Of a stretch of 54,549 nt of DNA, positions 39,004 to 47,621 are shown one piece after another. Made by a program: the position numbers and the translations under genes. The notes beneath the pieces are model-generated. The model saw only the letters and a list, made by a program, of their open reading frames with translations. It made no database searches and was not told where the DNA came from. The DNA is from a virus (Duplodnaviria; Caudoviricetes), in IMG/VR virus record IMGVR_UViG_3300011126_000071, positions 1-54,549 of that record. The stretch is one strand, 5' to 3'. Positions within the stretch are counted from its first letter, which is position 1. Each line of letters starts with the position of its first letter.

Positions 39004-39591
39004 TTATTTTATACCTGTTGAACCGAAACCTCCAGCCCCTCTATCAGTATCTTTTTCAATCTTAGATACCTTATTTAGTTTAATAATATTCTTACCTGTA
39101 ACAGTTGCAATAACTGCTTGTGCGATTCTATCACCTTTATCAACATTAAACACTTCATTACCATGGTTGATTAATATCACTTTTATTTCTCCTGTGTAAT
39201 CAGAATCAATCGTACCTGGTGAGTTTAAAACCGTAACACCCTTCTTTGCAGCAAGACCACTTCTAGGTCTAATTTGAATTTCAAAGTTTTCTGGAAGGTC
39301 AAAGAATAAACCAGTTGGGATTACTTTAAACTCCTTAGGCATTATACTACCATATTCACTTGCTCTAAGGTCAAAACCAGCAGAACCAGAAGTTTCCCAA
39401 TCTGGGTCTTGATTATCAGACTCATTTACAAATGATATATTAATCATTGGTGATAATCCACTAGGTATGATTGTTTTTTCACTACCATATTCCGACATAA
39501 AATCGTCATGTGTATAATCATCATTTGGGTCCATAGCCCTATCTAATTTAGACCTAGCATCATTCACACTAAAACTACCCCAACCTTCCAT
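39004..39591 (-). CDS. dut: Trimeric dUTPase
   Basis: All five motifs present: AGFDL, RPRSGLA, GTIDSDYTGEI, GDRIAQ, RGAGGFGSTG. Confidence 0.97.
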   Translation of the reverse strand: MEGWGSFSVNDARSKLDRAMDPNDDYTHDDFMSEYGSEKTIIPSGLSPMINISFVNESDNQDPDWETSGSAGFDLRASEYGSIMPKEFKVIPTGLFFDLPENFEIQIRPRSGLAAKKGVTVLNSPGTIDSDYTGEIKVILINHGNEVFNVDKGDRIAQAVIATVTGKNIIKLNKVSKIEKDTDRGAGGFGSTGIK

Positions 39592-40151
39592 TATACACCA
39601 AATTTTTCCTCAATAATAGCCAATTCATTCGCTTGTTTAAGTATTACGCCTAAAGTACTAGAATGCCATTTGGCTTGTTTGTCCGAATCATCCTTATCGT
39701 GGTTGATAATTGCTTGGTATTCATCTTCTGATAATTCAATACCATTACTAAGAGCATAAATTGCTGAACGTTCACCAACACTCATAGATACAAGGTCATT
39801 ATTGAATTCATACATAATACCTCTTTTATTGTGCCAATCAGAGTTAAATGGTTTATATAGTTTAGCCTTACCAATTTGGTGTAGTAAGCATACTTTAAGT
39901 AATGAAGGTAATTCAACTTTCATTTCTTCTGGTAAAATATTATTAATCGATACGGCATACTTAGCAGTTAATAGTAAGTGTGCAATAAGACCACCTTCAA
40001 ACGCATTGTGTAAGTTAGTAGCTGTTGATGCTGGTGCACCGATAAAATCTTCACCTAAAAAATCAAGTAGGTTGTCGTTCATGAAACCATGAGTTTCAGC
40101 GGTTTTAAAATACTTCTCAGTATTCTTTAAAATTTTTTGTTCTGTTAACAT
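39591..40151 (-). CDS. HD-superfamily (YhaM-like) protein with HQ in place of HD
   Basis: APAS...HNAFEGGLIAHL...CLLHQIGK...AIINHD...QANEL. Confidence 0.75.
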   Translation of the reverse strand: MLTEQKILKNTEKYFKTAETHGFMNDNLLDFLGEDFIGAPASTATNLHNAFEGGLIAHLLLTAKYAVSINNILPEEMKVELPSLLKVCLLHQIGKAKLYKPFNSDWHNKRGIMYEFNNDLVSMSVGERSAIYALSNGIELSEDEYQAIINHDKDDSDKQAKWHSSTLGVILKQANELAIIEEKFGV

Positions 40152-40162
40152 TTTGTTAATCT

Positions 40163-40354
40163 TTATTCATCGTTATTTTTAACAACTACTGTCCATCTTA
40201 AATCATTAATATTGGGCCAACCATCTTGTTTTCTTTCGAAATCGGCAAGTGGTCCAATAACATGAGATAAATCTTGTACAGTAATCATATTTTCTATTTC
40301 AATTATTTTTAAATCGTAATTGATAGAAACTGGTGAGTTATTTTTCTTACTCAT
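40163..40354 (-). CDS. Hypothetical protein
   Basis: 63-aa ORF directly behind a host-type promoter. Confidence 0.55.
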   Translation of the reverse strand: MSKKNNSPVSINYDLKIIEIENMITVQDLSHVIGPLADFERKQDGWPNINDLRWTVVVKNNDE

Positions 40355-40363
40355 AAGTTAAAA

Positions 40364-40395
40364 CAAATATACTATAAAAATTATTGTGATGCAAC
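40364..40395 (-). promoter_or_regulatory. Bacteroidota-type promoter GTTG-N20-TATATTTG
   Basis: Exact -7 octamer with 20-nt spacing; heads the HD-dut-glycosyltransferase run. Confidence 0.7.
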
Positions 40396-41667
40396 CTCAC
40401 TTGTGTTATTTTCTTTCTTTTTTTCTAAAGCCGATAAATATAAATCACGTCTATTTTTAGTTACAGTTTCCATACTGTAAGTATCCTTAACGGTATTATA
40501 TAGATTATCTTGTAAAACCTTGATTCTTTCTGGGTTAGTTAATAATCTTTTTAAATGTTGATACCACTGTTTATGATTTTTATTTGATGAAACTAATAAC
40601 GAGTTAGCATTTTCATCAAAAGTTGGTAAATCATTCTTAGTTGCTGGTTTCTTATAAGCACTAACCAAGTCAATTTGGTAAGGTCCAAAATCCTGTGCAA
40701 TAATTGCTTTCTTGTGGAACCCAGCCTCGATAACTTTTAATTGACTCTTAACCTTATTAAACATGTTTTCTTCAATTGGGGCTAATGAGATATCAAATAG
40801 ATTATAATTAGATGCATATGTTGAGATAGGTTTAGTCCAAACTCTTCTGTATGGTTCATTTGCAATATTATCATATTCTTCTTTCTTAAAACTAAGTAAA
40901 AAGTCTTTATATTCCTTAGATACAATACTGTAATTGTCAGTAAAGATTTGTTCATACCTATACCAAACACTTTCTTTTGGTAATATTGGTCTTACGGTTT
41001 CCTTACCGTCTGGGCCAATCATAGTAACTTGACCTCTAAGGTCAAAACCACATAATACAAATTGAACCTTATCGATTAAACCATCACCTTTTAATTTATT
41101 CACAAGTCCTTTTAATAATCCAAGGTCCTTCTCATGTGATGAACCACCTAACCAACCAATTCTAATTCTATCAGAAGGTTCTGGATTTGGTGTAAATTGT
41201 TTTTCTCTAGGGTCAATAGCATTTGGTAATACAAAAGTATTTTCATTCTTTGTTACCCTCTTTAATTCATCGGCAAATATTGATGTTGTTGTGATTAAAT
41301 TTTCAGCGGTTTTTAAATTACTAAGAATCTTTTTATCGATTTCGTGTTTCTTAATGATTACGTATGCTGGGTGATGTTGACCTGGTGCCCAATGGTCATC
41401 AATATCCATAAACGTAACAATACCTAAATTCTTACATCTCTCAATCAATTGAGCATGTTGTTCATATGGTCCGAATGTTCTGTGGTAATGGATTATATCA
41501 TATTGTTTAAGCCAATCATCACTATCAATTCTTGGTTCATAGTCGATATCAACGTGAAATTCGTTAGGGTACATCTCTTCTAATGTAATGTGTGGTTTAG
41601 TGCTTCTGAAAAAAGATACACCAGTTCTGTCGCTTGGGACTACTAAAACTTTAATTTTTTTACTCAT
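40381..41667 (-). CDS. GT-B glycosyltransferase
   Basis: GVSFFRS..PH, DIDDHW, VLPNAID, RIGWLGGSSHEKDL, DISLAPIEENMFNKVKSQLKVIEAG. Confidence 0.88.
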   Translation of the reverse strand: MSKKIKVLVVPSDRTGVSFFRSTKPHITLEEMYPNEFHVDIDYEPRIDSDDWLKQYDIIHYHRTFGPYEQHAQLIERCKNLGIVTFMDIDDHWAPGQHHPAYVIIKKHEIDKKILSNLKTAENLITTTSIFADELKRVTKNENTFVLPNAIDPREKQFTPNPEPSDRIRIGWLGGSSHEKDLGLLKGLVNKLKGDGLIDKVQFVLCGFDLRGQVTMIGPDGKETVRPILPKESVWYRYEQIFTDNYSIVSKEYKDFLLSFKKEEYDNIANEPYRRVWTKPISTYASNYNLFDISLAPIEENMFNKVKSQLKVIEAGFHKKAIIAQDFGPYQIDLVSAYKKPATKNDLPTFDENANSLLVSSNKNHKQWYQHLKRLLTNPERIKVLQDNLYNTVKDTYSMETVTKNRRDLYLSALEKKKENNTSEVASQ

Positions 41668-41730
41668 ATTTGATTTAATTTTAAAAACTTATTTACCTAA
41701 TAATAATAAACATCAAATAATTGTAAATGC

Positions 41731-41763
41731 AAAAAGGGGAAAACAATTAAGTAATCCCCTTTT
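41731..41763 (-). terminator. Rho-independent terminator
   Basis: AAAAGGGGA...TCCCCTTTT inverted repeat downstream of the 41784-44553 operon. Confidence 0.75.
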
Positions 41764-41783
41764 ATAATAAATAAAAATATCTT

Positions 41784-42401
41784 TTAACCCTTTACTGGTG
41801 CTTTTCTTTTAACATTTATCTTACCTTCCTTTAAAAGTGTTTGAATTGTTTTCTTAACAACATCTTCACTTAAATTTTGAGTAAATGTTTGTGTCATAAA
41901 TTCCAATAACATATCTTTAACAATTGCTCTAAGTGCGGATTCAGAAACCGTAAATGTACCATTACCATTAGCACCCATTTGTTGTTGTTCATAAACTGGT
42001 TGTGGGTTAGTCTTTGGTGTAGATGGGAATTGTGGTGGTTTTTGGTATTGTGGTTGAGGTGTGTCTTGAACATCTTCTAAATTAAAAGTATGTCCTTGTG
42101 GGCCAGCCATTTGTGGTATTGGTGACTTCATCATTGCTTCTTTTATTGCAGAAGGCATTTTAGAAGTACTCATGTTTTTATACATAGGTTGATTGGCTTG
42201 AATTTGAGGTGCAACACCTTGTTGAATCTGTGGTCTTGTGATACCTTCGGCCATCATTTGTTGTATCCCATCTTCATTTAATGCTCTACTGTCAACATTA
42301 CCAGTTGTATAATCACCAGTTTCTACTTTGTTCATAATAGCCTTCGCTCCACCTAAGATATTCTTAAGTCTACTTACGTCTATTGGTTGTGGCGTATTCA
42401 T
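41784..42401 (-). CDS. Gln/Pro-rich putative internal head protein
   Basis: SKMPSAIKEAMMKSPI block; LNE/VYE/VSE/LSE/LKE sites. Confidence 0.6.
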   Translation of the reverse strand: MNTPQPIDVSRLKNILGGAKAIMNKVETGDYTTGNVDSRALNEDGIQQMMAEGITRPQIQQGVAPQIQANQPMYKNMSTSKMPSAIKEAMMKSPIPQMAGPQGHTFNLEDVQDTPQPQYQKPPQFPSTPKTNPQPVYEQQQMGANGNGTFTVSESALRAIVKDMLLEFMTQTFTQNLSEDVVKKTIQTLLKEGKINVKRKAPVKG

Positions 42402-42403
42402 AA

Positions 42404-43144
42404 TTAATAATTTTTTATTTCATCTTCTTCGTCTTCAATGTCTTCTTCTTCATAATCATATTCTGATTCTTCTGGTTCAGCATTTAAAGCCGCTTTTATT
42501 CTTTCATCTTCAAAACCAACACCATCTTCTTTATTATCAAATGTTGGTTCTTGGTTTATCTCTTCCGCATTATCAACTTCTGGTTCAACAGGTGTTGGTT
42601 CTGCGTTATCATATCTATAAGTATCTGCTCTAGGGTCAATATTCCTATTATCAGAATCTATCTTATCATTTACATCACTGTTCTTAGGTTCAAAATTAAC
42701 AATATTAAGAACTTCTGACATAGAATCATCACCAGACATATTAGTAGGTTGTCCAGCAATTTCTATTGGTTCCCAATACTTTAAGTTAGTTGGTTCCCAA
42801 TGGGTAATTCTATCAAGTCTGAATAATTTCCAACCAGAAGGTTCACTCTCATTTCTAAGACTATCACCGTAAACTTGATATGCTCTGATTGCTTCACGTC
42901 CACCGTTCTTCAACCTACCATATGCATGTACAACAATATCTCTCCAACCCTTACCTTTTCTGACTACATTGCCAAACTTATCCTTAACATCATCACCATC
43001 GTAATGAATCTTAATTCTTCTAATGAACTTTTTACCATTATTGGCGTACTCACCATCAATAGTATTGATAATCTGGTCAGTATTTACACTCTCAGTTATC
43101 AACCCTTCCAATATAATCTCTTCGAATAAATTGTAAAGTTTCAT
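42404..43144 (-). CDS. WYL-like domain protein with acidic tail
   Basis: IKIHY...WRDIVVHAYG...AIRAYQVYG...GWKLFRLDRITHW resembles the WYL C-terminal signature (FRLDRI). Confidence 0.65.
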   Translation of the reverse strand: MKLYNLFEEIILEGLITESVNTDQIINTIDGEYANNGKKFIRRIKIHYDGDDVKDKFGNVVRKGKGWRDIVVHAYGRLKNGGREAIRAYQVYGDSLRNESEPSGWKLFRLDRITHWEPTNLKYWEPIEIAGQPTNMSGDDSMSEVLNIVNFEPKNSDVNDKIDSDNRNIDPRADTYRYDNAEPTPVEPEVDNAEEINQEPTFDNKEDGVGFEDERIKAALNAEPEESEYDYEEEDIEDEEDEIKNY

Positions 43145-43156
43145 TAGTATTTTATT

Positions 43157-43483
43157 TTAGTGGAATGAGAATTGTCCTTGGTTACCAGATGTGTCTGGAT
43201 GTTGATATGTATTGTCTGGATTAAACTCATTCTTAGCCACGTTTTGGATTCTACCAGAACCCGCAGCAGCTGGGTTACCATTAATATCTAATGAACCACC
43301 ACCGTTATATGTATCTAAGAATACTCCTGTACCTTTACCAGCAACTGGTGTTTGTTGGTCAGAAAGTGCTCTACTGTGTGTCGCACTATATTCATTCCCA
43401 GCAGCATCACCTTTATAAGTGTTAGTTGGGATTAATGCGTTTCTTGCAGCGATTGCTGCTTGTTCTAATTTATTACTTGCCAT
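43157..43483 (-). CDS. Hypothetical putative virion protein
   Basis: 108 aa, Gly/Asn-rich, in a late operon. Confidence 0.6.
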   Translation of the reverse strand: MASNKLEQAAIAARNALIPTNTYKGDAAGNEYSATHSRALSDQQTPVAGKGTGVFLDTYNGGGSLDINGNPAAAGSGRIQNVAKNEFNPDNTYQHPDTSGNQGQFSFH

Positions 43484-43488
43484 AATTT

Positions 43489-43950
43489 TTATTGTTTTTT
43501 ATTGTTAGTCATGTATTCTATTAAATACTTAGCAGCATCAATTTCTTGATTAACCGATTCGTATGTTGCAGAATTACTCATTATTTCTCTAGAACCACCT
43601 TTAATTTTAGCCATTCTAACTCTAGTTGGGTCAGCGTTATCATCGTCCTTACCTTTGAAGTTCTTAAAGTGGTTTGAATTGGCTCCATCGGCACTCTTCT
43701 TAGTACCTGGTGCATCTGTTTCCATACCTATCCTTTTCTTAGTGTCTTCTGGTCTATGAACCTTTTCAAATTCATCATCAATCCATTTAATTACCTTTTC
43801 ATCATTACCATCTTTATCTTCCTTATTCGATAATTCAGATTTAACCTTCTTCATATATTCCGTAGTAGCAGTTTCATTACCACCAAAATAGTTTTTGAAT
43901 GCTGGGTTCTTAATTTGAAACACTTGACGTTCTGTTGATAATCTAGGCAT
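43489..43950 (-). CDS. Hypothetical putative internal head protein
   Basis: 153 aa, charged; C-terminal TYESVNQEIDAAKYLIEYM. Confidence 0.6.
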   Translation of the reverse strand: MPRLSTERQVFQIKNPAFKNYFGGNETATTEYMKKVKSELSNKEDKDGNDEKVIKWIDDEFEKVHRPEDTKKRIGMETDAPGTKKSADGANSNHFKNFKGKDDDNADPTRVRMAKIKGGSREIMSNSATYESVNQEIDAAKYLIEYMTNNKKQ

Positions 43951-44553
43951 TTATAATTGTTTTCTAATAATATTTTTATAATCAGATGGGATTTGACTTG
44001 TATCAACATTACTTAGAAAGTAATTAAGTGTTATACCTAATTCTTCTCCATTCATATTAGTTGAAGTCATAGTATCCATTAAATCTTTTAATTTACCAAC
44101 AACAATCATTTGAGTGTCGGAAAGGTCTTCAATATCTGGGATATTATTTCTATTAACATCACTAGTATTCCCTTTTCTAACTATATCAGAATTATTAGAT
44201 TTTTTAGACATTATATCTTCAACCATCTTTTTCATTCTTTGTTCAGAAGTTAATTCTGATTCCCCTATATTACTAGCAATTGGATTAGCACCAGTTCCTG
44301 TACCTTGACCATAACCATAGGTTAATGACCACCACCAATTACGAGGTTGTATTGCACTAGCAGCATGTTTGTTTGTTGTTAGGGCTAAACCTTTCTCATC
44401 ACCAGGCATATTAATCGGTCCAGTCTTAACATCAACACCTTTGTTGTATCTTTCATCACCACCTATAATTCCACCATCATCATCAACGAATTCTTCGATA
44501 GGTGTTGACTCAACAACCATCTTTTTAAACTCTTTCTTTTTAAATGTACCCAT
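43951..44553 (-). CDS. Hypothetical putative internal head protein
   Basis: 200 aa; VVE/IEE/IGE sites; first gene after a late motif. Confidence 0.6.
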   Translation of the reverse strand: MGTFKKKEFKKMVVESTPIEEFVDDDGGIIGGDERYNKGVDVKTGPINMPGDEKGLALTTNKHAASAIQPRNWWWSLTYGYGQGTGTGANPIASNIGESELTSEQRMKKMVEDIMSKKSNNSDIVRKGNTSDVNRNNIPDIEDLSDTQMIVVGKLKDLMDTMTSTNMNGEELGITLNYFLSNVDTSQIPSDYKNIIRKQL

Positions 44554-44567
44554 AATTATACTTTTTA

Positions 44568-44599
44568 TATAAATATAAGGAACTATGGGAATATTTATA
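44568..44599. promoter_or_regulatory. Back-to-back divergent late promoters
   Basis: TATAAATA at 44568-44575 (TATTTATA on minus, 14 nt from ATG 44553) and TATTTATA at 44592-44599 (16 nt from ATG 44616). Confidence 0.78.
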
Positions 44600-44615
44600 A
44601 TAAAACATATTAATT

Positions 44616-46535
44616 ATGAACTTTAGAACTAGATTAGATTTCACAAATAGACAAGCAAAACAATATGAAAAAACAGATATTAACCTATCTGGTACCTCAG
44701 TATTTGGTGTACCGTATAGTTATTTAACAACTGGGCCAGACCTATCTGTGACTGGTGTAACATTTTTCGACCTTGCATTAATAAGCACATTTTCTGGTAA
44801 TACTGGAACAACAGTATATTCATTTTCAGACTCAAGAATGGTTGATGATAGTGCTGGTTTATCCGCATTAACACCTTCAAACAGTGGTACAACACAATTC
44901 GCTGGACCAACATGGGTTGGTTATGATATGTTTACAACAGCAGATGGTTACACTGGATATACAAACTATTCCGCAGTAACATATAATGTTGATGTTAATG
45001 AGATGATTGATTTAGGTGGTGGTAATTATTCTGGTAATATAACATCAGATTTATATGTTTATAGTTCCCAAACACTTGATTATAGTGGTAGAACTATTTG
45101 GGTTGATGTTTCTGGGATTACTAGAACTGAGGACCTTATAGTCTCAAATAACCCAACAATTGGTTATGTGTTGACTTGTATTGATTCTGAGGGTAAGGCA
45201 ACTTGGCAACCATCTTCTGGTGGTACAAGTGGTGGTACTAATACCTTTATAACAGGTTCATCATATAATTCAAATACTTTAACATTAGGTAGAAATGATG
45301 GTGTATTTCTAACTGCTGAATGGACAGGTAATACTTCTGGTGACTGTATAACAGATTTGTATGTAAGTAATATACATTCTTGCTCACCTTTAAATGTAAA
45401 CCCACTAGATGAAGGTAATATGTATTTTGGTAGTGAAGCTTTAACGATAGATGTTGAAGGTGGTAAAAATAACATATATAGTAAAGCATGTACTGTATTA
45501 ATTTCAGATGATTATGATTACCCAACATATTCTGGGGTTTGTAATTTAATAAAGGGTGTTGTTAGTGCTTCTAATTGGGGTGGTTCAACTGGTGCTATAG
45601 CATCTAATGCTGACCCTACTGGTCTTGCTGGTTATGTATTTGGTAATTATTCTGGTGGTACAACTGGTGGTACCCTTGCATATTATGGGATTAACCATTC
45701 TAGAGGTGGTACCCCACCAACTGGTGCAAATTTTTATAGAAATAAGATTGTACTTTCAGCTAATGAAAATACTGATGGTATGGTTATTAAAGGTAAGGCT
45801 GGTGACCCAAATGGGACACTTTGGTTTGAAATTGATGGTGAAGCTGTTGGTGTTGTTCATTCTAGTAATGGTTATTGGGGATTCGGACTTAATGTTGACG
45901 GTACTGAGATGCCAGATACTCATTTACAAGTAGGTGGGACTGGGACAACTGGGTCATTCAAGTTCTTAGACGGTAATGAAGGTTTAGGTAAGATAATGAC
46001 ATCTGATTCTAGTGGTAATGTTAGTTGGTCCGATAGTACATCTGGTGCATTCACTTCAACAACAGAAAACAATAACATTATACCGACTAATAGCACTGGT
46101 AACACTAATGGTTCTAATTTCTCATCCATATTAGGTGGTGTTAGTAATGATATAGGTAAATCAACTCATTCAACAATCGCTGGTGGGGATACTAATTCAA
46201 TGTATCTATCACCAAGGTCATTTATTGGTGGTGGGTATAGTAATGTATTGTATTCATCAACTTATTCATCTATTGGTGTTGGTAAGGGTAATAATATAAA
46301 TTCGGCCACATACTCAGTTATTGGTGGGGGTGCTGCTAATGGTGTAACTGGTTCAACACACTCCTTTATTGGGAATGGTTTTAGAAATGAAATAACCTCA
46401 ACAGGTGATTATAATTCAATTATCAATGGTCATAATAATAATATAGATGGTACGGTTACACAATCATCAATTATTGGTGGGAATAATAATTTAATAAAAA
46501 ATGTTAGTTCCAAAGCCTACTATTATAGGTGGTGA
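44616..46535 (+). CDS. Tail fibre/adhesin, N-terminal part (frame-split from the next ORF)
   Basis: Ser/Thr/Gly-rich; GYVLTCIDSEGKATW and GKIMTSDSSGNVSW fibre motifs; ends within SxIGGGxxN beta-roll repeats that continue in the +1 frame. Confidence 0.8.
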   Translation: MNFRTRLDFTNRQAKQYEKTDINLSGTSVFGVPYSYLTTGPDLSVTGVTFFDLALISTFSGNTGTTVYSFSDSRMVDDSAGLSALTPSNSGTTQFAGPTWVGYDMFTTADGYTGYTNYSAVTYNVDVNEMIDLGGGNYSGNITSDLYVYSSQTLDYSGRTIWVDVSGITRTEDLIVSNNPTIGYVLTCIDSEGKATWQPSSGGTSGGTNTFITGSSYNSNTLTLGRNDGVFLTAEWTGNTSGDCITDLYVSNIHSCSPLNVNPLDEGNMYFGSEALTIDVEGGKNNIYSKACTVLISDDYDYPTYSGVCNLIKGVVSASNWGGSTGAIASNADPTGLAGYVFGNYSGGTTGGTLAYYGINHSRGGTPPTGANFYRNKIVLSANENTDGMVIKGKAGDPNGTLWFEIDGEAVGVVHSSNGYWGFGLNVDGTEMPDTHLQVGGTGTTGSFKFLDGNEGLGKIMTSDSSGNVSWSDSTSGAFTSTTENNNIIPTNSTGNTNGSNFSSILGGVSNDIGKSTHSTIAGGDTNSMYLSPRSFIGGGYSNVLYSSTYSSIGVGKGNNINSATYSVIGGGAANGVTGSTHSFIGNGFRNEITSTGDYNSIINGHNNNIDGTVTQSSIIGGNNNLIKNVSSKAYYYRW

Positions 46536-47619
46536 TAATAATAATATTTTAGCTGAGTCAGCTAACTCATTTATTGGTGGTGGTAATTATAATTCAATAG
46601 AACCAGCACAAAATGCATCAATAATTGGTGGTGCGTTAAATACAATAGGTAAAGTATATGGTGGTATTGGTGGTTCTTCTGTTAGTAGGTCATCAATAAT
46701 TGGTGGGTTTTATAATGCAATTTCTGCCACAACAACAAATCATCAAGATTCAACAATTATTGGTGGTGATAATAATCTTATTGATACATCAGATAAATCT
46801 GGTATCTTTAGTAGTAGTTATGCTTTAATGGATAATTCAGATTTCTCAACTATAATTGGTGGTGTAAATAATATATTAAGTGGTGTTTCTAATTCAGCAA
46901 TCATTGGTGGTCAAAATATTACTGGTACATCCTCAGATATGGTTTATGTTCCAGACCTTGTGATAGATGGTCTTACATCAACTGACCCAATCGCTACTGA
47001 TGCAAATGGTATGATAGTGGCTGGTGCTTCTGATGCTAGACTTAAAACCAATATAAATGATTTAGAATCCGCTTTAGATAAGATTAAAAAACTTAGAGGT
47101 GTTTCGTATGAGTGGACAGAAGAGTCTAATATGGGTGCTGGTGTTAAGAAGTATGGTCTAATAGCACAAGAAGTTCAAAAGATTATACCAGAAATGGTTA
47201 GAGAAAGGTCTAAGGGTGATAATATGCTTACACTTAGTTATACTGAATTAGTACCTTGGTTAATTGAGGCTATTAAGGAATTATCAAGTGGTGAAACAAT
47301 TACTGAAAATGTAAAACTTAATACTCAAACTATTGTTGCTGAGGATAATAATATTGAGTTAAATTATAATGGTAACCATGAAACATCTATAGGTGGGGGT
47401 ATCACAGTTTTAAATTCAATTAAAGATGGTGAACATTCTGAAATTAAAACAGATGAAAATGGAAATTGGATAATGAATCCACCATTAACAACAAAAGAAT
47501 ACACTCCTACGTCAACTAATGATGATTATGGTAAAATTGGTGATACGGTATGGGATAATAACTATATTTATATAAAGACTAATGACGGATGGAAGAGAAG
47601 TTCTCTTGAAAACTTTTAA
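46501..47619 (+). CDS. Tail fibre C-terminal part with peptidase S74 intramolecular chaperone
   Basis: IIGGxxN repeats, then SDARLKTNI...LRGVSYEW...GLIAQEVQKIIPEMV...LIEAIKEL. Confidence 0.85.
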   Translation: MLVPKPTIIGGDNNNILAESANSFIGGGNYNSIEPAQNASIIGGALNTIGKVYGGIGGSSVSRSSIIGGFYNAISATTTNHQDSTIIGGDNNLIDTSDKSGIFSSSYALMDNSDFSTIIGGVNNILSGVSNSAIIGGQNITGTSSDMVYVPDLVIDGLTSTDPIATDANGMIVAGASDARLKTNINDLESALDKIKKLRGVSYEWTEESNMGAGVKKYGLIAQEVQKIIPEMVRERSKGDNMLTLSYTELVPWLIEAIKELSSGETITENVKLNTQTIVAEDNNIELNYNGNHETSIGGGITVLNSIKDGEHSEIKTDENGNWIMNPPLTTKEYTPTSTNDDYGKIGDTVWDNNYIYIKTNDGWKRSSLENF

Positions 47620-47621
47620 TA

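Noticed and set aside
47565-47572. TATTTATA inside the fibre gene as a promoter for 47622
   Set aside because: It is 49 nt from the ATG, outside the 12-17 nt range of the others, and is explained by YIYIK codons.
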